A stretch of DNA of 64,000 bases from positions 11,287-75,286 of the IMG/VR virus record IMGVR_UViG_3300007961_000135; one strand, given 5' to 3'. A program made the translations under genes and the position numbers. The notes beneath the pieces are model-generated. The model searched no databases, was not told where the DNA came from, and saw nothing but the letters and a program-made list of their open reading frames with translations. Below are positions 29,865 through 40,365 of this stretch, one piece after another. The DNA comes from a virus. Taxonomy: Duplodnaviria; Caudoviricetes. How positions within the stretch are numbered: position 1 is the first letter of the stretch; each line of letters begins with the position of its first letter.

Positions 29865-30496
29865 GGAAATACGCATACGGCGGCTTTTCTGAAAAGTACG
29901 ACATGAGCGGCGTCATCACCATGGGCACCGGCACATTCTGTGTCCATGATATTTTCGACGAGACGCCAGACTTTATGAAAAGGGCCGACGTGATATTCAC
30001 CGACCCGCCGGGGACCATGGGGCTGCTTAACGGCTTCTATGCGAAAGCGGAAAAAGAAGTGCGCACCGGCGACTATGGAGCCTTCCTCAGGCGCCTATTT
30101 GAAGTCATCGCCGAGATAGACCCCAAATTCGTGTACGTGGAAGCGTTCCGGTTCAACCTCGACGCGATCGAGCAGGAGATACGCGCCAGATACCCATTCG
30201 TAGAGATCTCCACGAACACCTATTACCGAAAGGCGGCCAATCGCTGCTGGATAGTCGCAGGCGGCAAGGTCGAGCTCCCATATGTCCGGATAGACGGTCT
30301 TGACGAGGAGGCCGCCATTGAAAGGATCTGCGCCGATGTGGATTACCGGTGCATAGGTGACCCGTGCATGGGAAAGGGCCTCGTCGGATATTATGCAAAT
30401 CTGGCCGGAAAGCCCTTCGTCGGCACCGAACTGAATAAGAACCGCCTGGCCGTCCTCTGTGACCGTCTGGAGCATGGCAGAGGGAGGATAAATTGA
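29861..30496 (+). CDS. Putative beta-class amino-methyltransferase
   Basis: FTDPP (motif IV-like) precedes GDPCMGKG (motif I-like) and GTELN. Confidence 0.6.
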   Translation: MRKYAYGGFSEKYDMSGVITMGTGTFCVHDIFDETPDFMKRADVIFTDPPGTMGLLNGFYAKAEKEVRTGDYGAFLRRLFEVIAEIDPKFVYVEAFRFNLDAIEQEIRARYPFVEISTNTYYRKAANRCWIVAGGKVELPYVRIDGLDEEAAIERICADVDYRCIGDPCMGKGLVGYYANLAGKPFVGTELNKNRLAVLCDRLEHGRGRIN

Positions 30497-31158
30497 TGGA
30501 AAACACGTCTGTCAACGTCGCCTCCAAAATCGTCATGCGGAAGCTATCCGAGGTAAAGCCCTATGTACGGAATCCCCGGAAGAACGATAAGACCGTCGAG
30601 CTCCTGGTTGAGATCATCCCCAAGGTGGGCTTCAATGTCCCGCTGGTTATCGACAAAAACGGAGTGATCGTCAAAGGCCACGCCCGATATGCTGCGGCAA
30701 TCCGGCTCGGCATGAAAGAGGTCCCCTGTGTGATAACCGACGCCGACGAGGAGGCCATTAAATTAGACCGCCTGGCCGACAACAAGATTTCCGAGTTCTC
30801 CGAATGGATAAATGAGGAGCTGCTTCATGAGGTCGATATGCTCAACCTTGACTTTGACTTCGACCTGGAGGCCCTCGGTTTCCCCGCCATGGATGATTTC
30901 GACTTCGATGACTTACCCGATGATGACGCCGGGCATGAGACCGAGGAAGAGAAAAGAGCGCGTTATGCCGCCTATCTCGAACAGGCCGCGAAGGACGAGG
31001 CCGTAAATGCCGCTATCACCACCCAGGAACAGATAGACAAGGCAAAAGCAGCCGCCGGCAGCATTGCCGAGAAGCCGGCAAGATATTTCAAGGTCGTGTG
31101 CGAACAGTGCGGAAAGGTCATGTTCATAAAGGAGGGCGAAGCTGTCTTTATCGCCTGA
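30493..31158 (+). CDS. ParB/Srx N-terminal domain protein
   Basis: PYVRNPRKND, GFNVPLVID, IVKGHARY, RLADNK. Confidence 0.85.
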   Translation: MMENTSVNVASKIVMRKLSEVKPYVRNPRKNDKTVELLVEIIPKVGFNVPLVIDKNGVIVKGHARYAAAIRLGMKEVPCVITDADEEAIKLDRLADNKISEFSEWINEELLHEVDMLNLDFDFDLEALGFPAMDDFDFDDLPDDDAGHETEEEKRARYAAYLEQAAKDEAVNAAITTQEQIDKAKAAAGSIAEKPARYFKVVCEQCGKVMFIKEGEAVFIA

Positions 31159-31249
31159 CAACGCTATGAAAGCCCCGTGTCCCGCCTCCTACTCTTTAGG
31201 GCATGGGGCTTGTCTTTTGCAAATTCCAACGAATTAGGGAGGGAGGGAC

Positions 31250-32092
31250 ATGCCGAGGGCGAGAAGCCCGGAAAGGCAAAAAGCCTTTGAGCTCTGGATA
31301 AAGAGCAAAGGTCAGAGCCAATTAAAGGATATAGCGGCAGAGCTCGGCGTCTCTCCGGAACAGGTGCGCAAGTGGAAATGTGCGGACGCCTGGGACAGTA
31401 AAACGGTAACGGTAACGTTACCCAACGGAAAAGGTCACATTACCAAACGGAAGCGCGGCGGACAGCCCGGTAATAAGAACGCTGACGGCGGCCCTCCGGG
31501 CAACAAGAAGAACCTTCGTCACGGCGCCTATGAGCGCGTAATGGGCTCTCTGCTCTCCGAGGACGAGGCCGAGATATTCAACGATGTCGACAATACCGGC
31601 GCGGAGATAGAGGCAGAGCTACGCCAAACCCTCGCGGCCCTCAACGCCAAAGAAGTACGCCTTATAAAACACATAAACGACATCACGGAGCTGTCGAAAA
31701 AGAGCAAAAGCGGACTGATTCATTACGGCGGCAGCAAGACCGTAATACAGCGTGAGGCCGGTGCATTTGAGAAGGACGAAAACGGCCGCTGGGGAGATAA
31801 AGTCGGGTCTGTTGTGGCCGGACAAGATGTCGCTGTCGGCGAGCGTCAGAGCTCGACCAGCTCTCATACTATATCAGTCTATGACGCTCTTCAAAAGCTG
31901 GAGGCAGAGCTCGACCGGGTACAGGGACGCAAAATCAAGGTGCTCGGCGACCTCGAAAAAATCCACATTGAGCGTGAGCGCCTCGACCTTGAACGGAAGA
32001 GGCTGGAAGGCCAGACCGAACAGAGCAAGCTGGCCAAGGCCTGGATCGCTGCCCTAACGGGCGAGGAGTTTGAGGGTGAGGACGATGAATGA
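31250..32092 (+). CDS. Terminase small subunit
   Basis: N-terminal HTH, GGQPGNKNA/GNKKNLRHG repeats; immediately precedes TerL. Confidence 0.8.
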   Translation: MPRARSPERQKAFELWIKSKGQSQLKDIAAELGVSPEQVRKWKCADAWDSKTVTVTLPNGKGHITKRKRGGQPGNKNADGGPPGNKKNLRHGAYERVMGSLLSEDEAEIFNDVDNTGAEIEAELRQTLAALNAKEVRLIKHINDITELSKKSKSGLIHYGGSKTVIQREAGAFEKDENGRWGDKVGSVVAGQDVAVGERQSSTSSHTISVYDALQKLEAELDRVQGRKIKVLGDLEKIHIERERLDLERKRLEGQTEQSKLAKAWIAALTGEEFEGEDDE

Positions 32093-33515
32093 TAAAGCGC
32101 TGATTAAATCCCTGCGCGGGCGTCAGCTGATTTATCAGAAAGACCCCGTACTCTTTGCCAAGGAAGTCGTTAATTACACTCCCGACGACTGGCAGGCTGA
32201 TACGCTGCGCGATCTTGCAGACCCGGAATGTCACAGAGTCAGCGTGCGAAGCGGCCAGGGCGTCGGCAAGACGGCGACAGAAGCTATCGCCGTACTGTGG
32301 TTTTTGAGCTGCTTCCCCTTTGCCCGTGTCGTGGCCACCGCTCCTACGCGACAGCAGCTTAACGACGTACTCTGGGCGGAGATCGCGAAATGGCAGGCCA
32401 AGAGCCCGCTCCTCTCCGTTATCCTCAAATGGACAAAGACCTACGTCTATATGGCCGGCATGGAGAAGCGCTGGTTTGCCGTGGCACGCACGGCCACCAA
32501 GCCGGAGAACATGCAGGGCTTCCATGAGGATAATATGCTCTTCATCGTGGATGAGGCTTCCGGTGTCTCAGAGCCGATAATGGAGGCCGTGCTCGGCACC
32601 CTGTCCGGCGGCAATAACAAGCTGCTGATGTGTGGAAACCCCACCCGGACATCCGGCACCTTTTACGACAGCCACGTAAACGCGAAGGTGCGGCCTCTGT
32701 ATCGCTCCCGCCGCGTTTCCTCCCGGGAAGTGTCCCGTACCAATAAGGAAAACATCGAAATGCTGGAACGGCGTTACGGCAAGGACAGCAACGTAGTCCG
32801 CGTCCGCGTCGACGGCGAGTTTCCCTTACAGGAGGACGATGTTTTTATTCCGATTTCCCTCATAGAAAAATCTATCAACACGGAGTACGAGCCGAAGAAA
32901 GAGCCGCTTCATATCCAAATAGGCTGTGACGTCGCCCGCTTCGGCGAGGACAAGACCGTGATAGGTTACGCCGTCGATGAAAAAGTTGATTTCTACCTCA
33001 AGCGCAACGGCCAGGACACCATGACCACCGCGGACAAGCTGGTGGAGCTCGGCGAAAAGCTCGTTTTGCGGTATAAGTGGCGCCACCAAATACCTATTTG
33101 CGTGGACGACGGCGGCGTCGGCGGCGGTGTCGTTGACCGCCTCAACCGTATCAAGAAAAATGACCCTGGGCGCTTCTGGTGGATGGAGGTCGTTCGTATT
33201 CAGTTCGGCAAGCGCATTAACCACCGCTACTATCACGACAGCACGACCTTTATGATGGGCGTCCTCCGGAAGCTCCTCGAAGATTATGAGGACGACGGTA
33301 CCCCGAAGCCTGTCGAGGTCATTCTTCCCAACGACGACGATCTCGTAGGCCAGTTATCCAGCCGAAAATACTCTATGACCGAGCAGAGTAAGCAGAAGGT
33401 CGAGAGTAAGGAGGAGATGAAGAAGCGAGACCTCCCCTCTCCCGACGAGGCTGACTGTGTCCTGCTGTGTGTCGTGCCGGTCAGGTTAAAAGAAAAAGCC
33501 AAGAAGGAGGCATAA
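32085..33515 (+). CDS. Terminase large subunit
   Basis: Walker A SGQGVGKT, Walker B IVDEASG, nuclease GCDVARFGEDKT, SPDEAD. Confidence 0.95.
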   Translation: MNDKALIKSLRGRQLIYQKDPVLFAKEVVNYTPDDWQADTLRDLADPECHRVSVRSGQGVGKTATEAIAVLWFLSCFPFARVVATAPTRQQLNDVLWAEIAKWQAKSPLLSVILKWTKTYVYMAGMEKRWFAVARTATKPENMQGFHEDNMLFIVDEASGVSEPIMEAVLGTLSGGNNKLLMCGNPTRTSGTFYDSHVNAKVRPLYRSRRVSSREVSRTNKENIEMLERRYGKDSNVVRVRVDGEFPLQEDDVFIPISLIEKSINTEYEPKKEPLHIQIGCDVARFGEDKTVIGYAVDEKVDFYLKRNGQDTMTTADKLVELGEKLVLRYKWRHQIPICVDDGGVGGGVVDRLNRIKKNDPGRFWWMEVVRIQFGKRINHRYYHDSTTFMMGVLRKLLEDYEDDGTPKPVEVILPNDDDLVGQLSSRKYSMTEQSKQKVESKEEMKKRDLPSPDEADCVLLCVVPVRLKEKAKKEA

Positions 33516-33519
33516 TCCC

Positions 33520-35136
33520 TTGGAGAGTGAAAAGAAACATCCGCGGGTAAACGTTCATATCATCAAAGCTTCAGGCCCGGTGCCGGAAGAAAAGCCGGTT
33601 GAAAAGGCTGAAAACCCTACACAGCTTAACAAAGAAACCGAGCAGACCGCCGGCGAGTTCGTTACCCCTCCCTATCCTCTGCTGGGCTATAAAGCTCTGG
33701 TGAAAGAGTCGAACATCCTGCCTCAGTGCATAGCGGCCTATAAAAACAATATCGTCGGCTTCGGTATTGGTTTGCGCTATACCGTGGACGACGCCGATGA
33801 AACGCCGGAAATGAAAGCCGAATGGGACAGAGCGCAGGAAATAATCGACCTCCTCAACATGGACATGGACACCAAAGAGGTGTTCGAGGACTTGATAGAG
33901 GCCAGGGAAACATACGGTATCGCCTATCTTGAAGTCATCCGCAATCCGGAGGGCGAAGTAAATCAGATTCATTTTGTCCGCGATACTCCGTCTGTAACAA
34001 AGACCTGCCCTCTCGACCCTCCCGAGGAAGCCGAATACAACTATAAGGGCACCAAGATCGTTAAGCGCCCCCGCCGCTTCTGCAAATACAGACAGAACGT
34101 CGGCGGAAAGACTGTGTACTTCAAAGAGTTCGGAGACCCCCGCGTCATGGATAACCGGTCTGGGGAGTACACAACTATCAACGAGGACGGAGAGGGACTC
34201 AAAGCCCAGTATCAAGCCAATGAAATCCTCGAATTTGCTATCGGTACTGAACTGTACGGAGAGGTCCGCTGGATCGGCCAGCTCCTCGGCGTTGACGGCG
34301 TCCGCAAAGCGGAAACGCTCAATAACAGCTACTTCTCCAAAGGGCGTCATACTCCCCTCATGATAATGGTAAAGGGAGGTACACTTACAGACGACAGCTA
34401 TAATAAGCTGCAAGAGTATATTGACGATATACAGGGAGAGAAAGGCCAGCACGCCTTTCTGTTGCTCGAAGTTGAGAACACGGATAACCAGGCGGGCTTT
34501 GACGAAACGAAAAAGCCCGAAGTCGAAGTCAAGGACCTCGCGGCCATTCTTCAGAAGGACGAGCTCTTCCAGGACTACATAGAGAACGGGCGGAAGCGCG
34601 TACAGTCCGCTTTCCGGCTCCCCGACCTCTACACCGGTTATACCACCGACTTCAACAGGGCGACGGCACAAACCGCCATGGAAGTCACGGAGGAGCAGGT
34701 GTTCCAGCCTGAGCGTAAGTCTCTTGCCTGGGTTATCAACAACCGTCTGCTGAACGGTTACGGCTTCAAATACGTCGAGGCATATTTCCTCGCTCCGGAC
34801 ATCAGCAATCCGGACGACCTGTACAAGATACTCTCCATAACCGAGAGAGCCGGCGGCCTGACGCCGAACAAGGCGAGGACCATTATAGGCAAAGCCTTGG
34901 GCGAGGATGTTGAAAACTTCGAGGGCGAATGGGCGGATATTCCCATAGCCGCGAAAGATCTCATAGCCTCCCTTAATCCACAGGAGCCCGCCATGCCTAT
35001 GGCGGACATCCTCTCACAGCTCACCGGCCAGATACAGAAAGCGGCCTCGCACAATGACGACGCCGTTGTCGCTGTCATGAAAGAGGTCAAGGCCGTACTG
35101 CTGAAAATGCAGGAGGGCGACAATGAAGCGGTGTGA
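33520..35136 (+). CDS. Portal protein (PBSX family)
   Basis: Position after TerL; AFRLPDLYTG...FNRATA motif. Confidence 0.9.
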   Translation: MESEKKHPRVNVHIIKASGPVPEEKPVEKAENPTQLNKETEQTAGEFVTPPYPLLGYKALVKESNILPQCIAAYKNNIVGFGIGLRYTVDDADETPEMKAEWDRAQEIIDLLNMDMDTKEVFEDLIEARETYGIAYLEVIRNPEGEVNQIHFVRDTPSVTKTCPLDPPEEAEYNYKGTKIVKRPRRFCKYRQNVGGKTVYFKEFGDPRVMDNRSGEYTTINEDGEGLKAQYQANEILEFAIGTELYGEVRWIGQLLGVDGVRKAETLNNSYFSKGRHTPLMIMVKGGTLTDDSYNKLQEYIDDIQGEKGQHAFLLLEVENTDNQAGFDETKKPEVEVKDLAAILQKDELFQDYIENGRKRVQSAFRLPDLYTGYTTDFNRATAQTAMEVTEEQVFQPERKSLAWVINNRLLNGYGFKYVEAYFLAPDISNPDDLYKILSITERAGGLTPNKARTIIGKALGEDVENFEGEWADIPIAAKDLIASLNPQEPAMPMADILSQLTGQIQKAASHNDDAVVAVMKEVKAVLLKMQEGDNEAV

Positions 35137-36097
35137 CTGCGGGAAGCTGCTCAAGGCCATTGACGCCTTTATTGAAAAGGCGGAAGGCGACCTAAAGGAC
35201 GAGCTGGCGGAGGCAGGTTTTGCCGAGGCCGGCAAAACGATTGACGCTATCAGCGCCCTGGAGGGAGACGTAGCAGCTGCTCTTATTGAGGAAACGGAGC
35301 TCTTCAACGCCGCCATCGCGGAGGCCGGAGATCTCCAGACCTTTGCGCGTGACATCTGGCCGAGCCTGAAGGAGAACGACAAGCTGGCGGTCAAGCTGAA
35401 AGAGATATTCAAAAACCGCTTCTCGGAGCTCATGCCCGGTCTTGTCGATACATACCTGAAGCAGACGGACAGCGAGCTTGCCGCCGACAGGATAAGCAAT
35501 CTCACCCTGGGCTGGATCGAGGAGTGGAGCGGTCAGCTCGCGGAGCTCATGCAGCTCAACAGCCACACGGAGATAGAGGCTATCCTTGAAACCGGCCTTG
35601 CCAACGGCGACGGTATCGCCGAGTTTGCTCAAAACATCCTCGACAGCGGTATCCGCGATGAATACTACAAGGCACGGCGGGTAAGTCTCACCGAGGTCCT
35701 GAGAGCTCATAACGTCGCCCACCAGGAGGCGACCATGCAGAGCCCGGTCGTCACCCACAAAATGTGGCGGCATACAGGCAGCTACCGGAACGAGCCTCGG
35801 GAAAACCACGTCGCCATGGACGGCCAAACGGTTGGCAAAGCTGAACGCTTTACGCTCCAAGGCCGGGACGGAGTAATCTACTATCCCATGTACCCGATCG
35901 ACCCGATATTGCCGGCCTCCGAAAGTATCAACTGCCATTGCATAAGCGAAGACGTTGTCGACCCGAGCATTTTAGGCATGAGCCTTGAAGAGCGCCAGGC
36001 GCTCCAGCAGGAGGCTATCGACGCCATGGACGCCGAATGGGAGGCTGAGCTTGCCGCCATCGACGCGGCGAACAGAGCTAAAGCCGGAATCGAATAA
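35123..36097 (+). CDS. Minor head morphogenesis protein (Mu gpF / SPP1 gp7-like)
   Basis: RVSLTEV, KMWR, HVAMDGQ, INCHC. Confidence 0.85.
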   Translation: MKRCDCGKLLKAIDAFIEKAEGDLKDELAEAGFAEAGKTIDAISALEGDVAAALIEETELFNAAIAEAGDLQTFARDIWPSLKENDKLAVKLKEIFKNRFSELMPGLVDTYLKQTDSELAADRISNLTLGWIEEWSGQLAELMQLNSHTEIEAILETGLANGDGIAEFAQNILDSGIRDEYYKARRVSLTEVLRAHNVAHQEATMQSPVVTHKMWRHTGSYRNEPRENHVAMDGQTVGKAERFTLQGRDGVIYYPMYPIDPILPASESINCHCISEDVVDPSILGMSLEERQALQQEAIDAMDAEWEAELAAIDAANRAKAGIE

Positions 36098-36354
36098 CAG
36101 CCTTAAAAGGCGCCAAATGAAAAACGAGTTTAACTTTTCGGTCTCTGATAGTTAAACTCATTTTCTTTTGGGCATAAGCGAGGCTCTCAGAGCCCCTCAG
36201 AGCGCCACACGCTCCCCGGGGGATAGAGAACCATTACCCCGGCGCCTTCTCGCCGCGCTGTATGCGCTGAGAGGCCAGAGCGGGGCAAATTTCGTAAAAG
36301 AGCAGTCGGAAACGGCTGCTTTTTGTTATTCACCAAAGAAAGGGGGTGAATCGA

Positions 36355-37713
36355 GTGAGCAAGGTGCAGAAAGCAACCGCAATTTCTGACGCGAAAATTG
36401 GGTATGTCAGCCTCGTTGATAAAGCCGCTAATCAATGGCGATTCCTTATCACCAAGCAGACTGACGGATTGGCTCAGTTTTCCACATACAGCAAGATCCT
36501 CAAGTTCGACAGCAATACCCACTACATTACCGGAGTTGTCTATGAGCCCATGGTCGAAGACGCCCACGGGGACTTTATGACCGCGGAAGAGATACAGAAA
36601 GCGGCCTACTGGTTCGCCGAGAATGGCGACAGTGTTGACATTCAGCACAGCTTTGAAAGCGTCGAGGGCCTGTCCGTCGTTGAGAGTTATGTCGCCCCCA
36701 GCGACCTCACCGTAGGCGACACGCCTGTGAAAAAGGGGACGTGGCTAATTACGGTCAAGTGTACCAACGACGACGTCTGGCAGGCTGTGGAGAAAGGTGA
36801 GCTTACAGGCTTCTCCATGGGCGGCGTCGGCAAATACAGCAAGGAGGATATCGACTTGGACGATGTAACCAAAACGGGCGGCGATACCGCCGAACAGAAG
36901 AACTTGTTCAAACGCTTGGCCAAGTTCTTCAACCTCGACGTGGTGGAAAAGGGCGAGGTCATGGATCGCTTCAAGGCAAACGCAAAAGCAGATCAGTTCT
37001 GGGACGCGATGTGGGCGCTGGAAGATGTGCTCTACCGCTATAACTGGTCAACCGACTGCTACGTGTTTACCGCCGACGAGGCAACCATTAAAGAAGCCCT
37101 GGCGGACTTCAACAGCATAGTCACCACCATTCTTTCAGAACCGGATACGGCCATTGTAAAGGCCGTTTCCCTGCCCGTCATCAAGGCGGGTAAAAAAATG
37201 TCCAGCACCAACAAGGCCAAGCTGGACGAAATCTGTCAGGCTCTTTCCGACTTTAAGGCCTCGTTTGAAGAGAACGAGGGCGACGGAGACGGAGAAGGCG
37301 AAACCATCACCAAGGAGGATGATAAAGAAATGAACAGAGCAGAAACCGAGGCCTTTGTAACTGAGGCCATCACCAAGGCGCTGACCGAGGCCGGCATTAT
37401 CAAGGCCGCCCCCAAAGAGACGCCCGCACCCGCGCAGCCCGCAGCACCCGAATCCACTTCCGCTCCGGAAGCGGCCGCGCCTGACCTCGAGGCCATGGTC
37501 GAAAAGGCCGTCACCAAGGCGCTTGTTACAGCCGGCATTATCGAGGAGGAGCCGGATCCGGACGCGCCCGTCACCAAGGCAGAACTTGAGCAGGTCGTTG
37601 CTGACGCAATGGCTCCCCTGCTCAAGGCTTTTCGTATGCCTCAGAACCTGAACGACGAAAAGCCGGTTGAGAAGCAGAAGGAAGAGACCCACTATCTGCA
37701 CGGCATTCTGTAA
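36355..37713 (+). CDS. XkdF-like prohead protease-scaffold
   Basis: SLVDKAAN, GVVYEP, DAHGD, DIQH, GELTGFSMGG; acidic/Ala-rich scaffold tail. Confidence 0.85.
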   Translation: MSKVQKATAISDAKIGYVSLVDKAANQWRFLITKQTDGLAQFSTYSKILKFDSNTHYITGVVYEPMVEDAHGDFMTAEEIQKAAYWFAENGDSVDIQHSFESVEGLSVVESYVAPSDLTVGDTPVKKGTWLITVKCTNDDVWQAVEKGELTGFSMGGVGKYSKEDIDLDDVTKTGGDTAEQKNLFKRLAKFFNLDVVEKGEVMDRFKANAKADQFWDAMWALEDVLYRYNWSTDCYVFTADEATIKEALADFNSIVTTILSEPDTAIVKAVSLPVIKAGKKMSSTNKAKLDEICQALSDFKASFEENEGDGDGEGETITKEDDKEMNRAETEAFVTEAITKALTEAGIIKAAPKETPAPAQPAAPESTSAPEAAAPDLEAMVEKAVTKALVTAGIIEEEPDPDAPVTKAELEQVVADAMAPLLKAFRMPQNLNDEKPVEKQKEETHYLHGIL

Positions 37714-37748
37714 GGACTGCCACAGAGACAACAAAAGGAGGATAAAAA

Positions 37749-38690
37749 ATGCCTATTTCCAATCGTGCCATTGTCAGAAAGGCTGCCGCGATAGACACCG
37801 CTTCTCTCAGCGGCGGCGGTCTGCTCAGCAAGGAGCAGGCGAGAAAGTTCCTGAAGCAGACCTTTGAGGCCACCAATCTCAGCCCGCTGGTGCGCCACGA
37901 ACTGCGCACCTCGAAGACCGGCGAGATCGACAAGATCGGTATCGCCAAGAGAATAGTCCGCAAGAAGATCGAGAACACCGACGACGGCTACCGTGCAAGC
38001 CCCACCACCTCCAAGCTCGAGTACGCCTGCACCGCTGTCCGTCTGCCCTGGGAGATCACCGAGGAGACCCTGCGCGAGAACATCGAAGGCGAGAACTTCG
38101 AGACTATCGTCGCCAACCTCATGACCGAGCAGATGGGCGTTGACAACGAGGACCTGTATCTCAACGGCGACACCTCTACGGCGTCCACCGATCCGGACTA
38201 CGACTTCCTCAAAATCAACGACGGCTGGATCAAGCAGATCTCCAACGGCGGCCATGTCGTCGACGCTTCCCAGAGCCCCTACAACGGCTCCATGAGCCTC
38301 GATCTCCTGTATGCCACCATGCAGTCTCTACCGAACAAATACAACAACGGCAAGCTCCGCTGGCTCATGAGCCCGAAGCTCGCCCAGGATTGGGAGAAAT
38401 ACCTCCTGAACCAGGTCATCAGCAATGGCGGCGCCGTGCCCGAAAGCGTATACAAAGGCCCTGCCGGTATCCCCATCGTACAGTGCCCCAGACTGACGAA
38501 CACCAAGGTCCTCCTGACCGACCCGAAGAACCTCATCGTTGTGAACACTTACGCTGTGCAGATCCGCAAGACCACCGAGGGCAAGGAAGCCATCATGCAG
38601 GACAAGCGCTTCTATGTGATTCACTATGATTACGACCCGATCATCGAGGAGCTCGACGCCACGGCTATCATCAGCGGCCTGGCCGCATAA
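37749..38690 (+). CDS. Major capsid protein (XkdG/HK97-like)
   Basis: GGLLSKEQARKF, RLPWEITEETLRENIEG, DNEDLYLNGD. Confidence 0.9.
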   Translation: MPISNRAIVRKAAAIDTASLSGGGLLSKEQARKFLKQTFEATNLSPLVRHELRTSKTGEIDKIGIAKRIVRKKIENTDDGYRASPTTSKLEYACTAVRLPWEITEETLRENIEGENFETIVANLMTEQMGVDNEDLYLNGDTSTASTDPDYDFLKINDGWIKQISNGGHVVDASQSPYNGSMSLDLLYATMQSLPNKYNNGKLRWLMSPKLAQDWEKYLLNQVISNGGAVPESVYKGPAGIPIVQCPRLTNTKVLLTDPKNLIVVNTYAVQIRKTTEGKEAIMQDKRFYVIHYDYDPIIEELDATAIISGLAA

Positions 38691-38699
38691 AGGAGGACT

Positions 38700-39170
38700 G
38701 TGATGTACCACCTCAAACTGATTAAGGCTCTTTCATACCACGGCGCCGTAACAGCGACGAGGGAAAAGCCTGACGTTTTTACCGAAGATGTGACCGCCGC
38801 CATGTCCGCTATCGAATCCGGCTATTTTGAGTTGGTCGAGGCCACCGAAGCGGACACCGTCACTCCGGACGAGGAGGATACCGAAGCGGCCGAACAGGAC
38901 GCACAGGACGAGCAGAACGAAGTCACTCCGGACGAGGAGCAGGACGCCGAGGTCACGGATACTTTCTCCGAGACGTCGGAGGACGATTCGGAGCCCGCCG
39001 CCGCTCCGGACTTTGAAACGCTTGCCGCCATGACCAAGCAGGAGCTTATCGACTACGCGAAAGAGCGTGAAATCGATGTGGACAAATGCAAGACCAAGAC
39101 AGACCTCCTTGGTGCTATCAGCGTCTTCTACGGCGGCAGCTACACCATGATAGACCTGCAGCATGAATAA
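38700..39170 (+). CDS. YqbF-like head protein with acidic linker and small C-terminal helical domain
   Basis: Position after capsid; MTKQELIDYAKEREIDVDKCKTKTDLL. Confidence 0.6.
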   Translation: MMYHLKLIKALSYHGAVTATREKPDVFTEDVTAAMSAIESGYFELVEATEADTVTPDEEDTEAAEQDAQDEQNEVTPDEEQDAEVTDTFSETSEDDSEPAAAPDFETLAAMTKQELIDYAKEREIDVDKCKTKTDLLGAISVFYGGSYTMIDLQHE

Positions 39171-39188
39171 CTGAAAGGAGAAAAAACA

Positions 39189-39584
39189 ATGAAAGTTCAG
39201 GGTAACGATCTCGGCGTGTGCGGCGTAGAGCAGCTGCTTCATGCCGGCACCGTCAAATACAACGACACCGGTATCGGTGACGGCAAGGCTATCTTCACCA
39301 TTCCCCACGATTGCGTCATCACCCGCGTTGTGGCCGTGGTAGAGACTGCCTTTGCCGGGGCCACTTCTCCCGTGCTGATTTACGGCACCGCGGACGATGA
39401 CGACGCTTTCCTCGCCGCCGGAGACATCACCGAGGGCACCGCCGGAGCCTACACCAAACAGCTCTTCTCTGAAATTGAGAAGGGCGACAAAATCTACGCC
39501 AAGCTCACCGGCACCGGCACCTTCACCGCAGGTGTGGCAGAGCTGTACGTCTTTGCCGTCGGCATTCCCGAGGTGAACTCCTAA
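39189..39584 (+). CDS. Probable capsid decoration / virion protein
   Basis: Beta-rich 131 aa in the head-neck region. Confidence 0.5.
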   Translation: MKVQGNDLGVCGVEQLLHAGTVKYNDTGIGDGKAIFTIPHDCVITRVVAVVETAFAGATSPVLIYGTADDDDAFLAAGDITEGTAGAYTKQLFSEIEKGDKIYAKLTGTGTFTAGVAELYVFAVGIPEVNS

Positions 39585-39602
39585 CGGAAGGAGGGCGGCG
39601 TT

Positions 39603-39989
39603 ATGGCTGAAAGCCCATGGGTTACTCCTGCGGAAGTAAAAGCGTACAGCGACCGTCCTGAAATTGCGGCGAGAGCAGACACAAAGCTGGCCGTGGATAT
39701 ATCACGCGCAGAGGCCTACGTAAAAGCCTATACCAATAACACCTTTCCGTCAGAGAAGTACCCGACGATCCCGGAAGAGGTAAAGACCGCCGTCATTCTT
39801 CTTGCGGAGAATTACGGCGTCGGATCCGTTAAGGGGACCGGCGGCATGAAATCGGAGACCTTCGACGATTACTCCTATACGGCCTCCGAAGGCTCACTTG
39901 TCGAAACGCTTGGACTTGGCCCGCTGCTCGACGGCTACGTCATTGCGGCGCCGAAGAATGGCGTTACGATGAAGCTCCGCAAGCTGTGA
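39603..39989 (+). CDS. Head-tail adaptor (YqbG/DUF3199-like)
   Basis: WVTPAEVKAYS, MKSETFDDYSYT. Confidence 0.75.
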   Translation: MAESPWVTPAEVKAYSDRPEIAARADTKLAVDISRAEAYVKAYTNNTFPSEKYPTIPEEVKTAVILLAENYGVGSVKGTGGMKSETFDDYSYTASEGSLVETLGLGPLLDGYVIAAPKNGVTMKLRKL

Positions 39990-39993
39990 GAGG

Positions 39994-40365
39994 GTGAACA
40001 GCGTGATTACAGACTTTTTCGACCATACCTGCAATATCTTTCACCTCCAGACATCGTCTGCCTCTCCGGGCTATGCGCTGCCCGCTTCTCCCTCCCACTC
40101 TTACCCGACTGTGCCGGACGAGGAAGGCGTAAGCTGTCACTTCGGCGTGAAGGCGGCAACGGTGACGGTCACGCAGACTGAGCCGGCGAACATGCTGGAC
40201 GCCAAAATCAAGCTGACGCTTCCCGTGGGAACAGATGTTCGATTGAACGACAGGATCGTGTGGAACGACACGGGCCTTGTCTTTACGGCGGAGGTGCCGC
40301 GCAATATCCGCGGACATCACAAATTCGTTTACGTCAAGCGTGTTGACGCCCAGAGGCCGCTTTGA
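39994..40365 (+). CDS. Head closure protein (YqbH/XkdH-like)
   Basis: FFDHTCNIFHL, DVRLNDRIV; synteny. Confidence 0.75.
   Translation: MNSVITDFFDHTCNIFHLQTSSASPGYALPASPSHSYPTVPDEEGVSCHFGVKAATVTVTQTEPANMLDAKIKLTLPVGTDVRLNDRIVWNDTGLVFTAEVPRNIRGHHKFVYVKRVDAQRPL

Noticed and set aside
38858-38940. 18-bp duplication GTCACTCCGGACGAGGAG in the YqbF-like gene
   Set aside because: It is an in-frame expansion of a low-complexity acidic linker with no sign of function.
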